A stretch of DNA of 63,964 nt, counting the filler, from Thelocarpon superellum (Eukaryota), in the NCBI GenBank assembly GCA_026025795.1. It is 5 parts of 5 records of this genome, joined end to end, with 100 filler letters (N's around TTAATTAATTAA, not from the genome) between each part and the next. Parts side by side here need not be neighbours in the genome. Positions count along the whole stretch, not along the records: positions 1 to 13,687 come from JAPEUG010000455.1; positions 13,788 to 27,430 come from JAPEUG010000456.1; 3 more parts are not named here. One strand, given 5' to 3'. Shown here one piece after another: positions 11,881-23,646 of this stretch. The notes beneath the pieces were generated by a model that made no database searches, was not told the DNA's origin, and worked only from the letters and a program-made list of their open reading frames with translations. Every line of letters begins with the position of its first letter. Positions within the stretch are counted from its first letter, which is position 1. The position numbers were made by a program, and so were the translations under genes.

Positions 11881-13035
11881 TCACTCCCATGGATTATCAT
11901 TGATAAAAGCCCCCCAATCATCGCCGATCCCACTCCCCTGCGTGCTACTGTGTCGCGTCAAGTTCGGCATGCCGGGAAAGGCATCATTGTGGCCGTCAAA
12001 GGAGGTCTTGAAGGCTGGCGCAGAAGAAGGAGCAGGGGTGGTCGGGTTCAGTTCAAGCGCACTGGGTGCCAACGTGTCGTTGATTCCGTCAAAGGAAGGG
12101 TGGTTGTCTCCCTTTGATAACGGCAGTCCATCGTTCATGATGCCGCCGAGATTGAGGCTGTCAAAGTTGTAATACGGAGGCCGGCCGCTTCCGGCCATGA
12201 ACATCGACGTCAAGGGATCGTTGGGATCTAGTCCAGCTACCAGTGATTGCTGGGTTTCGGTGGGGAGCGCCGTAGTCAAGGTGCCCCGATCAACCGACGT
12301 TGTGTTGAGAGGGGGGCCCATAGGCGGGTTAGATTGAGGGGAGATGGCGCCAGTGGGAAGAGACATTCGTCGATCTGCACCAGCCTCGCCCAGGGTGGGG
12401 CTAGGGATGGGTCCCATGGTCGGCGTTGACGCATACGAGGCCGAGCGTCCATGTGCTGGTGGAGGAAACGCCGGTGACCCCGGCCCCGGGTAGGGGGACT
12501 GTCGATGAATCGCCGCGGCGTGACGCATTTGCTGGGGAGAGAGCGGCGAGGGGAAGTTGTGGGACTGGTTATGGGCGAATTGAGGTGCGTTGGGATACTG
12601 TTGGGCATACGACGACGTGATGGCTTGGTCCAGGGCACTTCGCATCGCCACGTGGTTGGTCAAGTAGGCGGCAAGTCGACGATCGAAGTCGGCCGAGTCG
12701 GTCCGTAGGTGGGCCGTCAGGCGGCGATACTGCACCGGCAGATCGTCATCTTCCTCCTCGTACATTTCCTCGTTGACCACATCCTGCTCCGTCACCCGCA
12801 GCGATCGTCCAGTGCGGCGTTTGTGTATCTCCGATGCGCGTCGAGCCGATTCCACGCGAGCTTCCAGGCTTCGGTCACTTCGTCGTGACGCAGCGATGTA
12901 TGCTCTGTCGCTCGTCAACACTGTCCTGATGCCCTCGCCCGCCCCGTACCCTCACACGTACCGTTCTTGGTTCTCTTCATGCGTCCGTTCGGTCTTCACA
13001 GGCTTCACGGGTGGAATGGTTCGCTGAGGGGGCAT
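11881..13035 (-). CDS. Conserved fungal protein of unknown function (probable nuclear/regulatory; basic N-terminal block plus low-complexity tail)
   Basis: Exon 13035-12962, intron 12961-12905, exon 12904-11881. Contains the block RTHEENQERAYIAASRRSDRSLEARVESARRASEIHKRRTGRSLRVTEQDVVNEEMYEEEDDDLP, recognised from Pezizomycotina hypothetical proteins. Confidence 0.85.
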
Positions 13036-13687
13036 CGTGCACACCTGACTTGGGTGGCGAAGTGGAGTTGCGAGTGCCGGGAGAGCGGTAGGGTCAGGGG
13101 TGGGGTGGGGTGGAGCGAAACCGATTGGCGAGCGGGATCCGTTGAACCGTCAAGATGGCATAAAAACACTATCTTCCAGTCCCGTCAACCGTCAAGGAAC
13201 AAGTTCGTCTCGGCAGGAGGGGTTGGTCTTGGGGTCATAGAACGTTGGGACAGGAGGAGGTTATGGACGAACGAGGAGAAGATGGGGAGCACATGCGCGT
13301 CGCGTGAAGGTGGCGGAGGAAGAGGTATAAGGGTGAAGGGTGGTGGGTCGATCACGGTGGGTCCAGCTAGGCAAGCGGAATGGCCACGATCCGAGCGATC
13401 CTACGCGACAAATGCGCGACGGTAGGGCCAGATGCGTGAGGAGCGTGAGTACCCGTAGTGGGGAAGAGGACACTGCCGTAGCCTCCTTCTTCCCATGCTC
13501 CATGCCGAGGGCCACCCTTCCGACCAGGGTGCTGTGTGCGTCAGGCGCGGAGCAAGCCGACGACGAGGGGGGCTAAGAGGGTCATGGCGCGGAGCAAGGG
13601 TACTCGTCGCTGCGGAAGCAGCAACGACTTGGCGACGCGAAGCACCCTGCAGGTGGCAGAAGTTGGGGTGACGGGTGAAGGCGCGGA

Positions 13688-13787
13688 NNNNNNNNNNNNN
13701 NNNNNNNNNNNNNNNNNNNNNNNNNNNNNNNTTAATTAATTAANNNNNNNNNNNNNNNNNNNNNNNNNNNNNNNNNNNNNNNNNNNN
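13688..13787. other. Artificial contig spacer (N44-TTAATTAATTAA-N44)
   Basis: A 12-mer with stop codons in all six frames, flanked by 44 N on each side. Identical copies occur four times in the window. Confidence 0.99.
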
Positions 13788-15556
13788 CGCGGTGCTCCTT
13801 CACTCGACGGACACCGGAGCGGCGGTCCACGATCGCTAGTCGCACCGCTTGTACCTGGACCGGGGGCAGTAACAGGCAAGGCGCTAGTCCTGCTAGGCAC
13901 ATGGCGCAACCTCTGCGAGCGTCGCTGGAGCCCGCGGCTCGCTAGTCCGCTGCAACCATCGACCCGGAGGCACATCGCAATTTAACTACAAGCCCCGACC
14001 AGCGCCTGGGCCCAATCAGCGAGGGCCAGCCGCAGCAAGTGGCGGAATTGGGCAAGTCTTCACGATGCTCATCTGTCGTCCCAGGGCCAAAGCCGTTGGC
14101 GCAAATAATCTGCTCCGCTCCGATTACCTGCTCTGTCCGCCCCCGGTCCCATTGGTGCGATGCGGCGTGAAACATGAGCCGGTGCCAGCGACGTGCAAGA
14201 GATTCGACCTGGGAGCAGGGCGGAGCTTTGTCCACACCAGAACGGAAGAGCTGGGAAATCCGCGTTTACGAACACTTGTAGATCATCTTGGTAGGTAAGG
14301 GAGTCTGGAGGTGGGTGCGGGCATCATGTCGTTGGAGGCGAAGAACTGCGATCATCTGCCACCCATACACCATCCTGGTTCCGCCGGGTCCATTGACCAG
14401 GGCCCTAACAGGCGGACGTACTGGTGGATCGGTTGAGCACTCTGCCTCAGCACGCGTAGGCCATATCATCGCATCTGGTCCGATGGTGGCAGAAAGGCTC
14501 CTAAGCTTCACTTGGTCAGCTGCCCATCAAACGAAGCTCGAAAGAACAGACGCGGCCCTGCGCTGATCGGTGCAGCGTTCCCGATGAACACAGATTTTGG
14601 CGTGCTACAAGTCCTCAATTCTATGCTAGCAGCAGGAACGAGTCCGAGATGGGTACTCGGACTCGTACTGGCACATGTGGACGGAGGAAACACTGACGAC
14701 TCCTATCGGCCACAGCCAGCGTTTCGATGGGACTCCTGTGTGATCGCCACTGTCAAAACACGAGACTTGAGACTTCGACGCACGACGTCGATCTGGTCGA
14801 GGTGGGGGACCGAGCCGCGTCGCGCTATCGCTTCCCCGTCGTACCCGTCGCACCCCTGCGTCCAAGCGGCGGAAGTATCGCTACGTTGTCTCGCCTCCAA
14901 TGCGTCTCGATTTAGCCATCTTCTTTGGCCTTCCGTAGCCTTGACGGAGCGATACTCGTAGCTGTAGAGTACGATGACTGGGCCTGATCCGGTCTACGTT
15001 GAGCACGCAAGGGATCATCGTCAGCTGACTGCGGTTGAGACGAATTGGAATGTCAGCGTGGTGAAGCTTTTGGCGTCTTGTGTGTCGACCGTAGTCGATT
15101 TTTGCTGCGTCATCCGCTGCTGGACTCCGGACTCGTACACCTGTTCCTGTTGACTCACGAATTGGATGTGAGCGCCATTTGACAGCCCTGTGAGCCAATC
15201 CGGGCCGGCATGACTCTGCTTCCATGGCGTGTCCCCTTTCTCGCACACAGCGCGACCGGCGTCATCGTCAACCGAGATGGACGGCCTGATGGGGTTCGAT
15301 AACCTCCCGTCCGTTCTAGAATCATTCATGTCAATCTTGCCTACTTAGGTTGGCCTGTGCCCTGACATGAAGACTGGCATGGAAGCGACCGTCAAACACC
15401 TCGCCCTCGTTCGAAACGCTCTCGTTCCGCGCTAGTCTCCCAGCAGCTCGAGATCCGTGATCAAGCTGCCCACTCATCCATCGCACGCTCAAGTCCGACG
15501 TTCCGGCCTGCGCTCCTGTGGTCCAGCGGTCCGCCGCGGGCCGTCGACCAGACCAA

Positions 15557-16118
15557 ATGCACATCCAAACCGGACTAGCATTGACTTCATTGGCCGGCAT
15601 CAAGCTCAGCTCGACCTTGCCGCTGCTCCCGCGGAAGTCCTGTCCGATGGTCTCTTTCGCGCCTTTCCCCATGCTGACATCATCCCAGCGCGATCTGCAC
15701 GCCATGGAACTCCACCGACAATGCCAATGGCATGTGTCCCGATGGTCTCTGTTGTTCGGCAGACGGCTTCTGCGTGATGGCAGGCGCTGATGCTTGCCGT
15801 GGCACATGGTGCGCCGCAGGCTGTGCAGATGTGCCGCGTCGGCAGGCTCACATGCATAGCAACGACGATACGTCCCTCTGCTCCTCCTACACGCTCCAGC
15901 TGCCTCTCAAGGCGAATGGCCGGAAGGAGGCGGCCCAGATGGATCCGCAGATGGCCAGCCAGACATCGGCGTCTAACGAGGTAGCGGACGTACACGTCCA
16001 ATCCATCAGCAGCACCACCGATGCCGCTACCACTGACGATACCATTGCCACGACCGGCACGGCTCCAGCTGGCATCTCCCTGACCAGTCCTGCCATGGAG
16101 ATACTATATGCCACGTAG
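15557..16118 (+). CDS. Putative secreted hevein/CBM18-like cysteine-knot protein with Ser/Thr-rich tail
   Basis: Exon 1 (15557-15636) gives MHIQTGLALTSLAGIKLSSTLPLLPR, signal-like. Inferred 52-nt intron 15637-15688 (weak GTCCTG donor, GCTGAC branch, CAG). Exon 2 gives C-x12-C-x4-CCS-x2-GFC-x7-C-x4-C-x3-C, the 8-Cys hevein pattern. Confidence 0.62.
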
Positions 16119-16807
16119 CCGCGTTGCACTGGCATCGGCGGCTAGTGCCACCGCATCGTGGGCGATGGTGGATTGACCGACAGACAGAAGGTTGGCGGCG
16201 TAATGATTCTCTGCACAACACACCAAGATAGATGAGGGAGTTTAGGGAAGCCACTAGAAATGAAAGTTGAGAATTAGATGGACGTGGTGCTCAAGATCCT
16301 CCTCCTCAAGATGGAGAGGCTAGCGTGCGTAAGGGAATATGCAGTCGGGGAACAAAAGGGAGCATTCAAAGCCCCACGAGACCCAGCAACTGCCTCAACC
16401 CTATGCTTAGGATAGACCTTTGATCTGGAGCTAGACCTGTCTGTAAATTCCATCGACCTTCGTGGAGCCCTCCAATGCAGGGGTGATCCGTATTCTTCGG
16501 AGTTATCCAGATTGTGGAGTGCTCCACGAGCCTTGTTGTTCGCTCGCTTTTGCCCGCTCACTGTGCGAGTACGGGAGTGCTCCCGTACTCGCACTCCGAA
16601 CCTTGATTCAGGAGTGTGCCCCGCCAAGATCCGCCTCTCCAAGCGATTCGACGTCGTTTGGCTACGCTCAGCTGTCGAGCCGGCAAGATTCCCCATTCCC
16701 CATTCCCCATAGCCCATTCCCCATCTCCATCGTTCGTCCACGCGACAAAATGTGAATCATCCGGCCAGGTGCATTCGGCACCGCACCGGATCATTGATCG
16801 CGTCAAG

Positions 16808-18886
16808 ATGAATCCAGAGGAGCTCCAATCGGACGGGGTCGTGGCCTCCCGGGACGAGAGTGGATCATCCAACCGCGACTCCCTCGACCTGCCCTCCGCT
16901 TCGAGGACTCCGGAGAGCAATGGCTCGCCCCATCTGGACCCAGTCGCCCATGCCACCACGAGGGGCAGATCGCAGAACCTCGACCCCCGCAGCTCATGGG
17001 CATCACGGGATCCACGATCCTCCTCGACGCAGTCTCTCCGTCCTAGCCGCTCGGCAAGCCGCACTGGAAAGCGCACGTTGTTGATGATCTATATCCACGG
17101 CTTCATGGGGAATGAATCGAGCTTCCAGTCATTCCCGGCCCACGTGCACAATCTGGTCAGCATCATGCTTGCCGAGAGTCATGTCGTCCACACCAAGATC
17201 TACCCGCGATACAAGTCGCGGCGCGCGATCGAATTTGCCCGGGATGACCTTAGTACATGGCAAGCACGGCTTCGACGCTGTTCCGAATTGCTCGACTAAC
17301 GCCGTCCATCAAGGCTTACTCCGCACGAGTCACCGCGCACGGATGTGATCCTTCTTGGTCATAGTATGGGTGGAATGCTTTCGGCCGAGACTGTGCTTCT
17401 GCCTTCCAACCCTAGTACTGGCGGCTTGTTTCGGCATCGGATTCTGGGGACGGTCAACCTTGACACTCCATTCTTGGGCATGCATCCCGGCATAATTGTC
17501 AGCGGCATCAGTAGCCTGTTCCGTCCCACCGAGGGCCCTCCGCCAACCACGGACGAAGTGGACGCCCTTGACCCGAACCAGGGTGAAGCAGTTCGAAGAC
17601 CTGGGTCGAGCGGAGACGTCGCGGATGCGGTCAACAGGTCATCATCGACGTCCGTCGCCGAGAGTCCGCCTGGATCCATCACCTCGGGAGATGACGCTGG
17701 CACGACTCCGTTGTCTGCCGTCTCATCAGTGTCAATCGCGACAGACCAATACCGCTTCCCTACGATCACTCCGACTACGTCAGGCTCACTCTACAATCCA
17801 CCCTTCTCGAACGACGTGCGACTGCCCGTGCGCACGGGCTGGAATAATGCAATGCATTTCTTGAGCAAACACTCGGATCATCTGACGAAGGCGACGAGAC
17901 AATACGTCATGTCGCATCTGGAATTTGGAGGGGCGCTGGCGGATTATCCGGGATTGATCCGTCGATATTCGAAGATACGAGAGCTGGAAGACGCCAAAGA
18001 GAAGATGCAGAGGGTCAGATTCGTCAACTACTACACGGCCAGCACCGGTCGACCGAAGAAGAGCAAAGCCGCCGGGTTGAGAGAACGACCGTCGAGGACG
18101 CCATCCCCCTTGCGAACCCCGCGAATCTCGATAGAATCGGTGGACGGACCATTCGGCGAGATGATCTTGTCTAGCGACACTGACGCTTCTGACCAAGAAG
18201 GGAGGGATGTGACGGCAGAGATACCAGGCAGCGATCCTCAGATGATGGACGAGAACGTGACCACCCAGCCAGCCACGTCCTCCGCCATCGCTTCCATCCC
18301 ACCAATTCCTCTACCACCCTCTCTGCCAGATCTATCGACCATCGCGCTCACGAAAGAAGGGCTCAAAGCCGCCGAAAAGGAGCAAGCGCAGGCAATGAAG
18401 GCGTACAAGACGGCGATGAAAGAGCGGAGCAAAGCCCTCAAGGACCTCACCAAGCACTTCGAGCGGGAAGAGAAACGGCGCAGAAAAGTCCAAAAAGACA
18501 AGCCGTCTGAAGCTCTGGCGTTACCATCGCCCGCATTGCTACCTCCTCCACCCTCATCCCCACCTCCACCTCCACCTCCGCCACGACCAGGATCAGCACC
18601 AGGATCAGCACCAGGATCCGCGTCAGGATTCAGCAGGCCACCGACCCCCCGCGACCGCAAATTCTGCCTCCTGCCCCGCGGCCAGCCCGATCCTACTTGG
18701 GTACGGGTATACATGGAGGGAGTGGACGAAGTAGGGGCGCACTGCGGGCTTTTCCTCGCTTCGTCTCCGTCCTACGAGGGGTTGGTGGGCGACGTGGGCA
18801 CGCGGGTAGCGGAATGGGTACACGAAGCATGCGGCACTACGTCGGACGTTGAGGGCGTGGGAGGTGACGATATTGCGGCAAGTTAA
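16808..18886 (+). CDS. Alpha/beta-hydrolase-fold protein (DUF676/lipase-like), Pro-rich C-terminus
   Basis: Motifs LLMIYIHGFMG, ILLGHSMGG (nucleophile elbow), NLDTPFLGMHPG, VRFVNYYTAS, RKFCLLP and DEVGAHCGLF. One GC-AG intron at 17260-17313 joins ORFs 16616-17299 and 17345-18886. Confidence 0.88.
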
Positions 18887-19953
18887 ATGCGGAGCAAAAG
18901 GGTGGACGGCGCAGCTCTTGTTCGGCACATCCTCTCACGACCTTGATGATAGAACGAGCTCGTTATGATAGCCTATCCTATGATACGACACGAGACGACT
19001 ACGTCCAGCAGCTGGCATAGCGATGTCGCCTCCGGGCGGGAGACTGTAGCAGGTCCACTAGGCTGAATTCCCATATGAGAGCATCCACGTCGGTTTGACC
19101 GGACGAGGAAGTCAAATTACCACCGGCGAAAGAAGGCTCCACAACCTCACAGAGCGAGCAGGGGGCACGCCCTTGAATTCCATATCGCAAGATAGTCTAC
19201 CATGGGTGGCCTCCACTGTATTTGTGCTGTATGAGATATTCCACTGTGGAGCACGCCCATCAATCCAAGTCAGACGTTGGTGTAGAAGTTCCCAGTCAAT
19301 CTCTTCTACAGACGTCCGGTTGTTTCTGCACACCCCCTCCCGTACGCGTACGCTCCCGAAGGCCTCGGGGCCAACGCCACGACCTCGACACAACGTCGTC
19401 GGAGGAGCTTCTCCTCTTCTCCTCTTCTCCTCTTCTCCTCCTTCTTATTCCGACTTCTTTTCAGCATAACGAATATCTTCTATCTTCTTCTTCTGTACTA
19501 GCTCGCACTTGCGTCATTTCCACATCGCTTTGGTTATGCATTGTGATAGTTATACATGATTTGCTGGCGCTGAGTAGGTACAGGGGTAGTGAGCGTGGGG
19601 TAGGTTTCGGCACTGAGATGTGACTGTTGAGTAGAGTGAACAGAACACTCCAACGAATGAGATGGAAGAGAAAATGCGAGACCTATTTGCGTGCTTGCTT
19701 ATCTTTTTGATTGAATGCTAAAGACAAGGCTAGGCTAGGCTTGGTCGAAAGCTGGTATACATTTTCATGATCCCCACTTCAAGCCGCAATTCCAGTTCCG
19801 GGTCCGTGTCCATGTGTCATCTCGTATCGATTGTGAATTAATCAACTTCCTTCCCACCCATGCCCTTTCCCTCCACACTGCCTACCACGCTGCCGCCCTT
19901 TCAAGTTCGTAAAACTCATCAGAGATCATCAATGAAGATCGGAGAATCATGAC

Positions 19954-21880
19954 CTAGACGGCGTGGGTCTTATTTCCCCCGACGGTCTTGCTGCCATCGA
20001 GATCCGAGTCGACGCGCGGGTCGAGCTTGTTCAACAGATCGGACTTATGCGGGCCTGCCGTGTTGGGTGCTGGACCTGTGCCGGCCGCATTTCCTCCGAT
20101 GCCAGTACCAGTACCAGTGCCGGTGCCGGTGCCGGTCGTGCCAGTCGATCGGACGCCAGTGGACCCAACGCCAGTCGTGCCGGTGGTACCAGTTGTACCA
20201 ATGCCGGTGGTGCCCGTAGTGCCCGTCGCGCCAGTGGCACCGTGATGACCATGATGACCATGATGACCAGTCAAACCACCGCTGCCAACCGCCGGGTCGA
20301 GTTTGTTCGCCGTCTCGACGGAGTGGGGACCAGTGCGAGCCTTCTCCCTGCCAAAGACCGCGCCGATGGTACTGCCGATGCCTGACGTGCCGGTCGTGCC
20401 GGTCTGACCTGTCGTGCCGGTTGCACTAGTCGTACCGTATCCCGTTGTGCCGGTGGTCCCGGTAGTCCCGGTGTTTCCAACGGTCTGCGATCCATCTCGA
20501 TCAGAATCGACGCGAGGATCAAGTTTGTTCTCAAGGCGGGAGTTGTGAGGACCAGCACCAGACACGCCGGAGGCGCCGGTGGTACCGGTATTGCCATAAC
20601 CAGTCGTACCAGCGGTTCCGGTAGTGCCGTGGTGATGATGAGCACCCGTTGTGCCCGTGTTCCCTGCAGTGCGAGAGCCATCGAGATCAGAGTCGACGCG
20701 GGGGTCAGCCTTGTTAGCTAGATTTGAAGAATGGGGACCAGCGGTTGTGTTGTTGGATCCGTAGCCGGTACCCGTGCCAGTGTTGGTATTGGCGTTGCCA
20801 GCGCGGGTGTTGCCCGTTCCAGCTCCAACGGTGTTGGAGCCGTCAAGGTCAGAGTCAACGCGAGGGTCGAGCTTGTTGAGCAAGTTTGACTTGTGCGGGC
20901 CGGCAGTGCTGTCGTTCGAGCCATACCCCGTCCCGGTGGTGCCGGTGGTGGTGTTCGAACCATAGCCCGTGCCGGTGATCCCTGTAGTCCCAGTGTTGCC
21001 CGTAGTTCCGTGGTGGCCATGATGGGCACCAGCCACACCAGCGGCTCCAGTGGCCCCAGTGCCAGCTGTGCGAGATCCATCGAGATCCGAGTCGACACGA
21101 GGATCGGCCTTGTTGGCTAGGTTCGAGGAGTGAGGGCCAGCAGTGGTGTTGTTCGACCCGTATCCAGTTCCACCCGTGTTGTGGCCGGTATTGCCATGGT
21201 GACCATGATGAGTTCCAGTAACGCCAGCGGCTCCAGTCGTACCAGTTCCAGCCGTGCGAGATCCATCTAGATCCGAGTCGACACGAGGGTCGACCTTGTT
21301 GGCTAGGTTCGAAGAGTGGGGGCCCGCGGTGGTATTGTTCGAACCATATCCAGTCCCCGTCGTGTTGTGGCCGGTGGTGCCATGCTGATGATGGGAGCCC
21401 GTCGCTGCAGTCCCTGCCGTGCGCGATCCGTCAAGGTCGGAATCGACCCGGGGATCGGCTTTGTTGGCAAGGTTCGACGAGTGTGGGCCTGCAGTGGTAT
21501 TGTTCGAACCGTATCCTGTGCCGGTAGTACCAGTGGTGCCGGTTGCGCCGATCGGCCCATCGGTACCGTAATGGGCACGATGGGCGCCAGTGGCGCCAGT
21601 TGATCCCGACGTTCCCGACGTCCCCGTCGTTCCGGTTGTGCGGGAACCATCCAGGTCCGAATCAACGCGAGGATCAGCCTTGTTGGCGATGTTTGACGAG
21701 TGTGGACCGGCGGTGTTATTGGAGCCGTACGTGTTCGCGCCGGTACCAGTCGTGTTCGTCCCAGTCGTGCTGGTATGATCTTTTTGAGAGTCAGCATCCT
21801 GGCCACAGTCATGGACAGGGAAAGATGTACGCACCGGTCCCTGACACAGCCTCTTTCACCTTGTTGATGAGGGATGCCAT
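19954..21880 (-). CDS. Fungal dehydrin-like DPR-repeat protein (Gly/Thr/His-rich, disordered)
   Basis: Exon 21880-21835 ([15 protein letters not shown]), intron 21834-21780, exon 21779-19954. Eight GPHxSxxxNKxDPRVDSDxDGS repeats plus one degenerate copy (NKLDPAV). Confidence 0.9.
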
Positions 21881-23646
21881 GCTTGCAGATGATTCGGAAG
21901 TGATTCGAAAGTGATGTGGTGTAGACTAGATTCAAGTGTGGTGGTGGATTGAGATGTTAGGGTCGGCGAGGTGAAGGTGGAAGGGAGAAGAAGTGGTGCG
22001 GGCAAGTGGGTGCTATATAGTACCCTTGCGACGAGAGGGAAAAGGTTGTTCCGAATACTAGTACGGTGGCTAGGGTCTTCAGTAGCGGACGGTAGCACAA
22101 CAGCAGAGAGCGATGAAATCATGGGCAGGATGATGTGCCTGGCAAAACCGGTTGTGATTGATGGTCCAGGCGTGGTCAGTATCGGAGCCTTCGTACATGC
22201 ATCACTCCTTCGCGTGCCCGACTAATCAGGAGCCCCCCCCCCTCCCACGGTCTCGGTGACGATGCCTCATGCGGAGGCCTAGAATGAGACCGACGTAATT
22301 GCGTCGTTCCACTGGAGCCAAGGAGCGCCTCACCTGGGCATGCGAAGCGTGCTAAGACAAGCTGTCGACCTTGCGTCTGCTCCAAGTAGCCCACTTACGT
22401 CTTCTCCGCACACGTCGGATTGGTGGCCAGGCGTTAGCTCCAAAGCAAGCCAAGCCCATTGGGCCGGAGAGGCAGAACCGGCGCGGTGTGTGGGCCAGCA
22501 CGCGATCGCTTGTTGTCTGTCGTCAGTAAGGGGAAGTCGAGCGATCCGGGTCAAACCGACGTCATGGCCCCTCTACTTTCCTTGGCGCGCTAGTGGTGTG
22601 CCACAGTGGCGCAGTGTGGCGGTGCAGCTGCAGTTGTCTACGCGTGGCCGTGCCGACCAACCCGACCATGCCCTTTCTCGTGTCTCCCGCCGGACTGGGG
22701 GCGAAACGCCCGGCCGACGGAGCATTCACAAATGAGAATCCCTTACCCGAAGAACACGAGCCTGTGTCGGTCATCGGTTGATCTTAGGGCCAAAGCCAAC
22801 TTCGGCGGCGGGCGCCGGGCACCACCCACAAGGATGGCGCGCGGGATGACGTAGCAGTAGCCGGTCCTGGTTTATGCAGGCGACCTCCCTTGAGGGATCG
22901 CGTCATCTGTGAGGTGTCATCGTTGCATGGATTATCCAAAGGAAGTCATCACGCGCGTCAAGGCTGCATCACTTCCACTACTCGCATTCCCACGAACAAG
23001 CTCCAAGCGGGGTCGACCCGATCCTGCGATTGATTCTGTGCATCCTCGGTACGTCATTGGATGACATTGGGGGCATCTGTAGCCGGACACGGCACCGCGT
23101 GCCACGCCTATGAGGATCAGGCCGGATGCACGTTCAAGTGGACGCGACTTGCCCTGGACTGAGGCCGCTGAGACGAAGCGATATGAGTAGTCGGATTGTG
23201 ATGCTATAAACATTGCTAACATAGTGATGGACACATCCGCGTGGCCAGAAGTCGAAACCACTGCCATCCATGTTCGTGCGCCAACCCTCCCTGCTTGATG
23301 GTCCAAGTCCAGTAGATCTGATAACCCCCCCACCGTCCGTAAACCAAATGGGCGCCATGAGAAGATGAAGTGTGAGCGAGCGTGAGAGACCAGGCCGGAG
23401 ACGACGCCGCTTGGTGGAGCACAGGAGGCTCGAGGAGAACGGGGACAAGTAGGATCACGGAGAGCGAGTGGCCGCGCCCACCCATCGCTAGAGCTTCCGG
23501 AAAAGGCCAGCCAGAGACTCAAGACCTCCCAATATAAGCACACGATCAGATGAGACCAAACAGACGTGGGAGGAAGGAGCGTGAAGTCAGTCATGTGCGC
23601 GTGTCAACGCCACCACGAAATCGGGTCAGCACCCTCAGACTCGACC

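Noticed and set aside
13732..13743. TTAATTAATTAA as a piggyBac TTAA target site or biological repeat
   Set aside because: It is always centred in exactly 88 N and gives six-frame stops, so it is an assembly linker.
19954..21780. Regularly spaced DNA repeats resembling a CRISPR-like array
   Set aside because: The repeats are in-frame coding units of the DPR protein with synonymous variation, in a eukaryotic context with no cas genes.
22200..23600. ORFs in the region upstream of the dehydrin gene (e.g. 22932-23594)
   Set aside because: No recognisable domain or splice structure. More likely promoter and the 3' UTR of the PA-RING gene.
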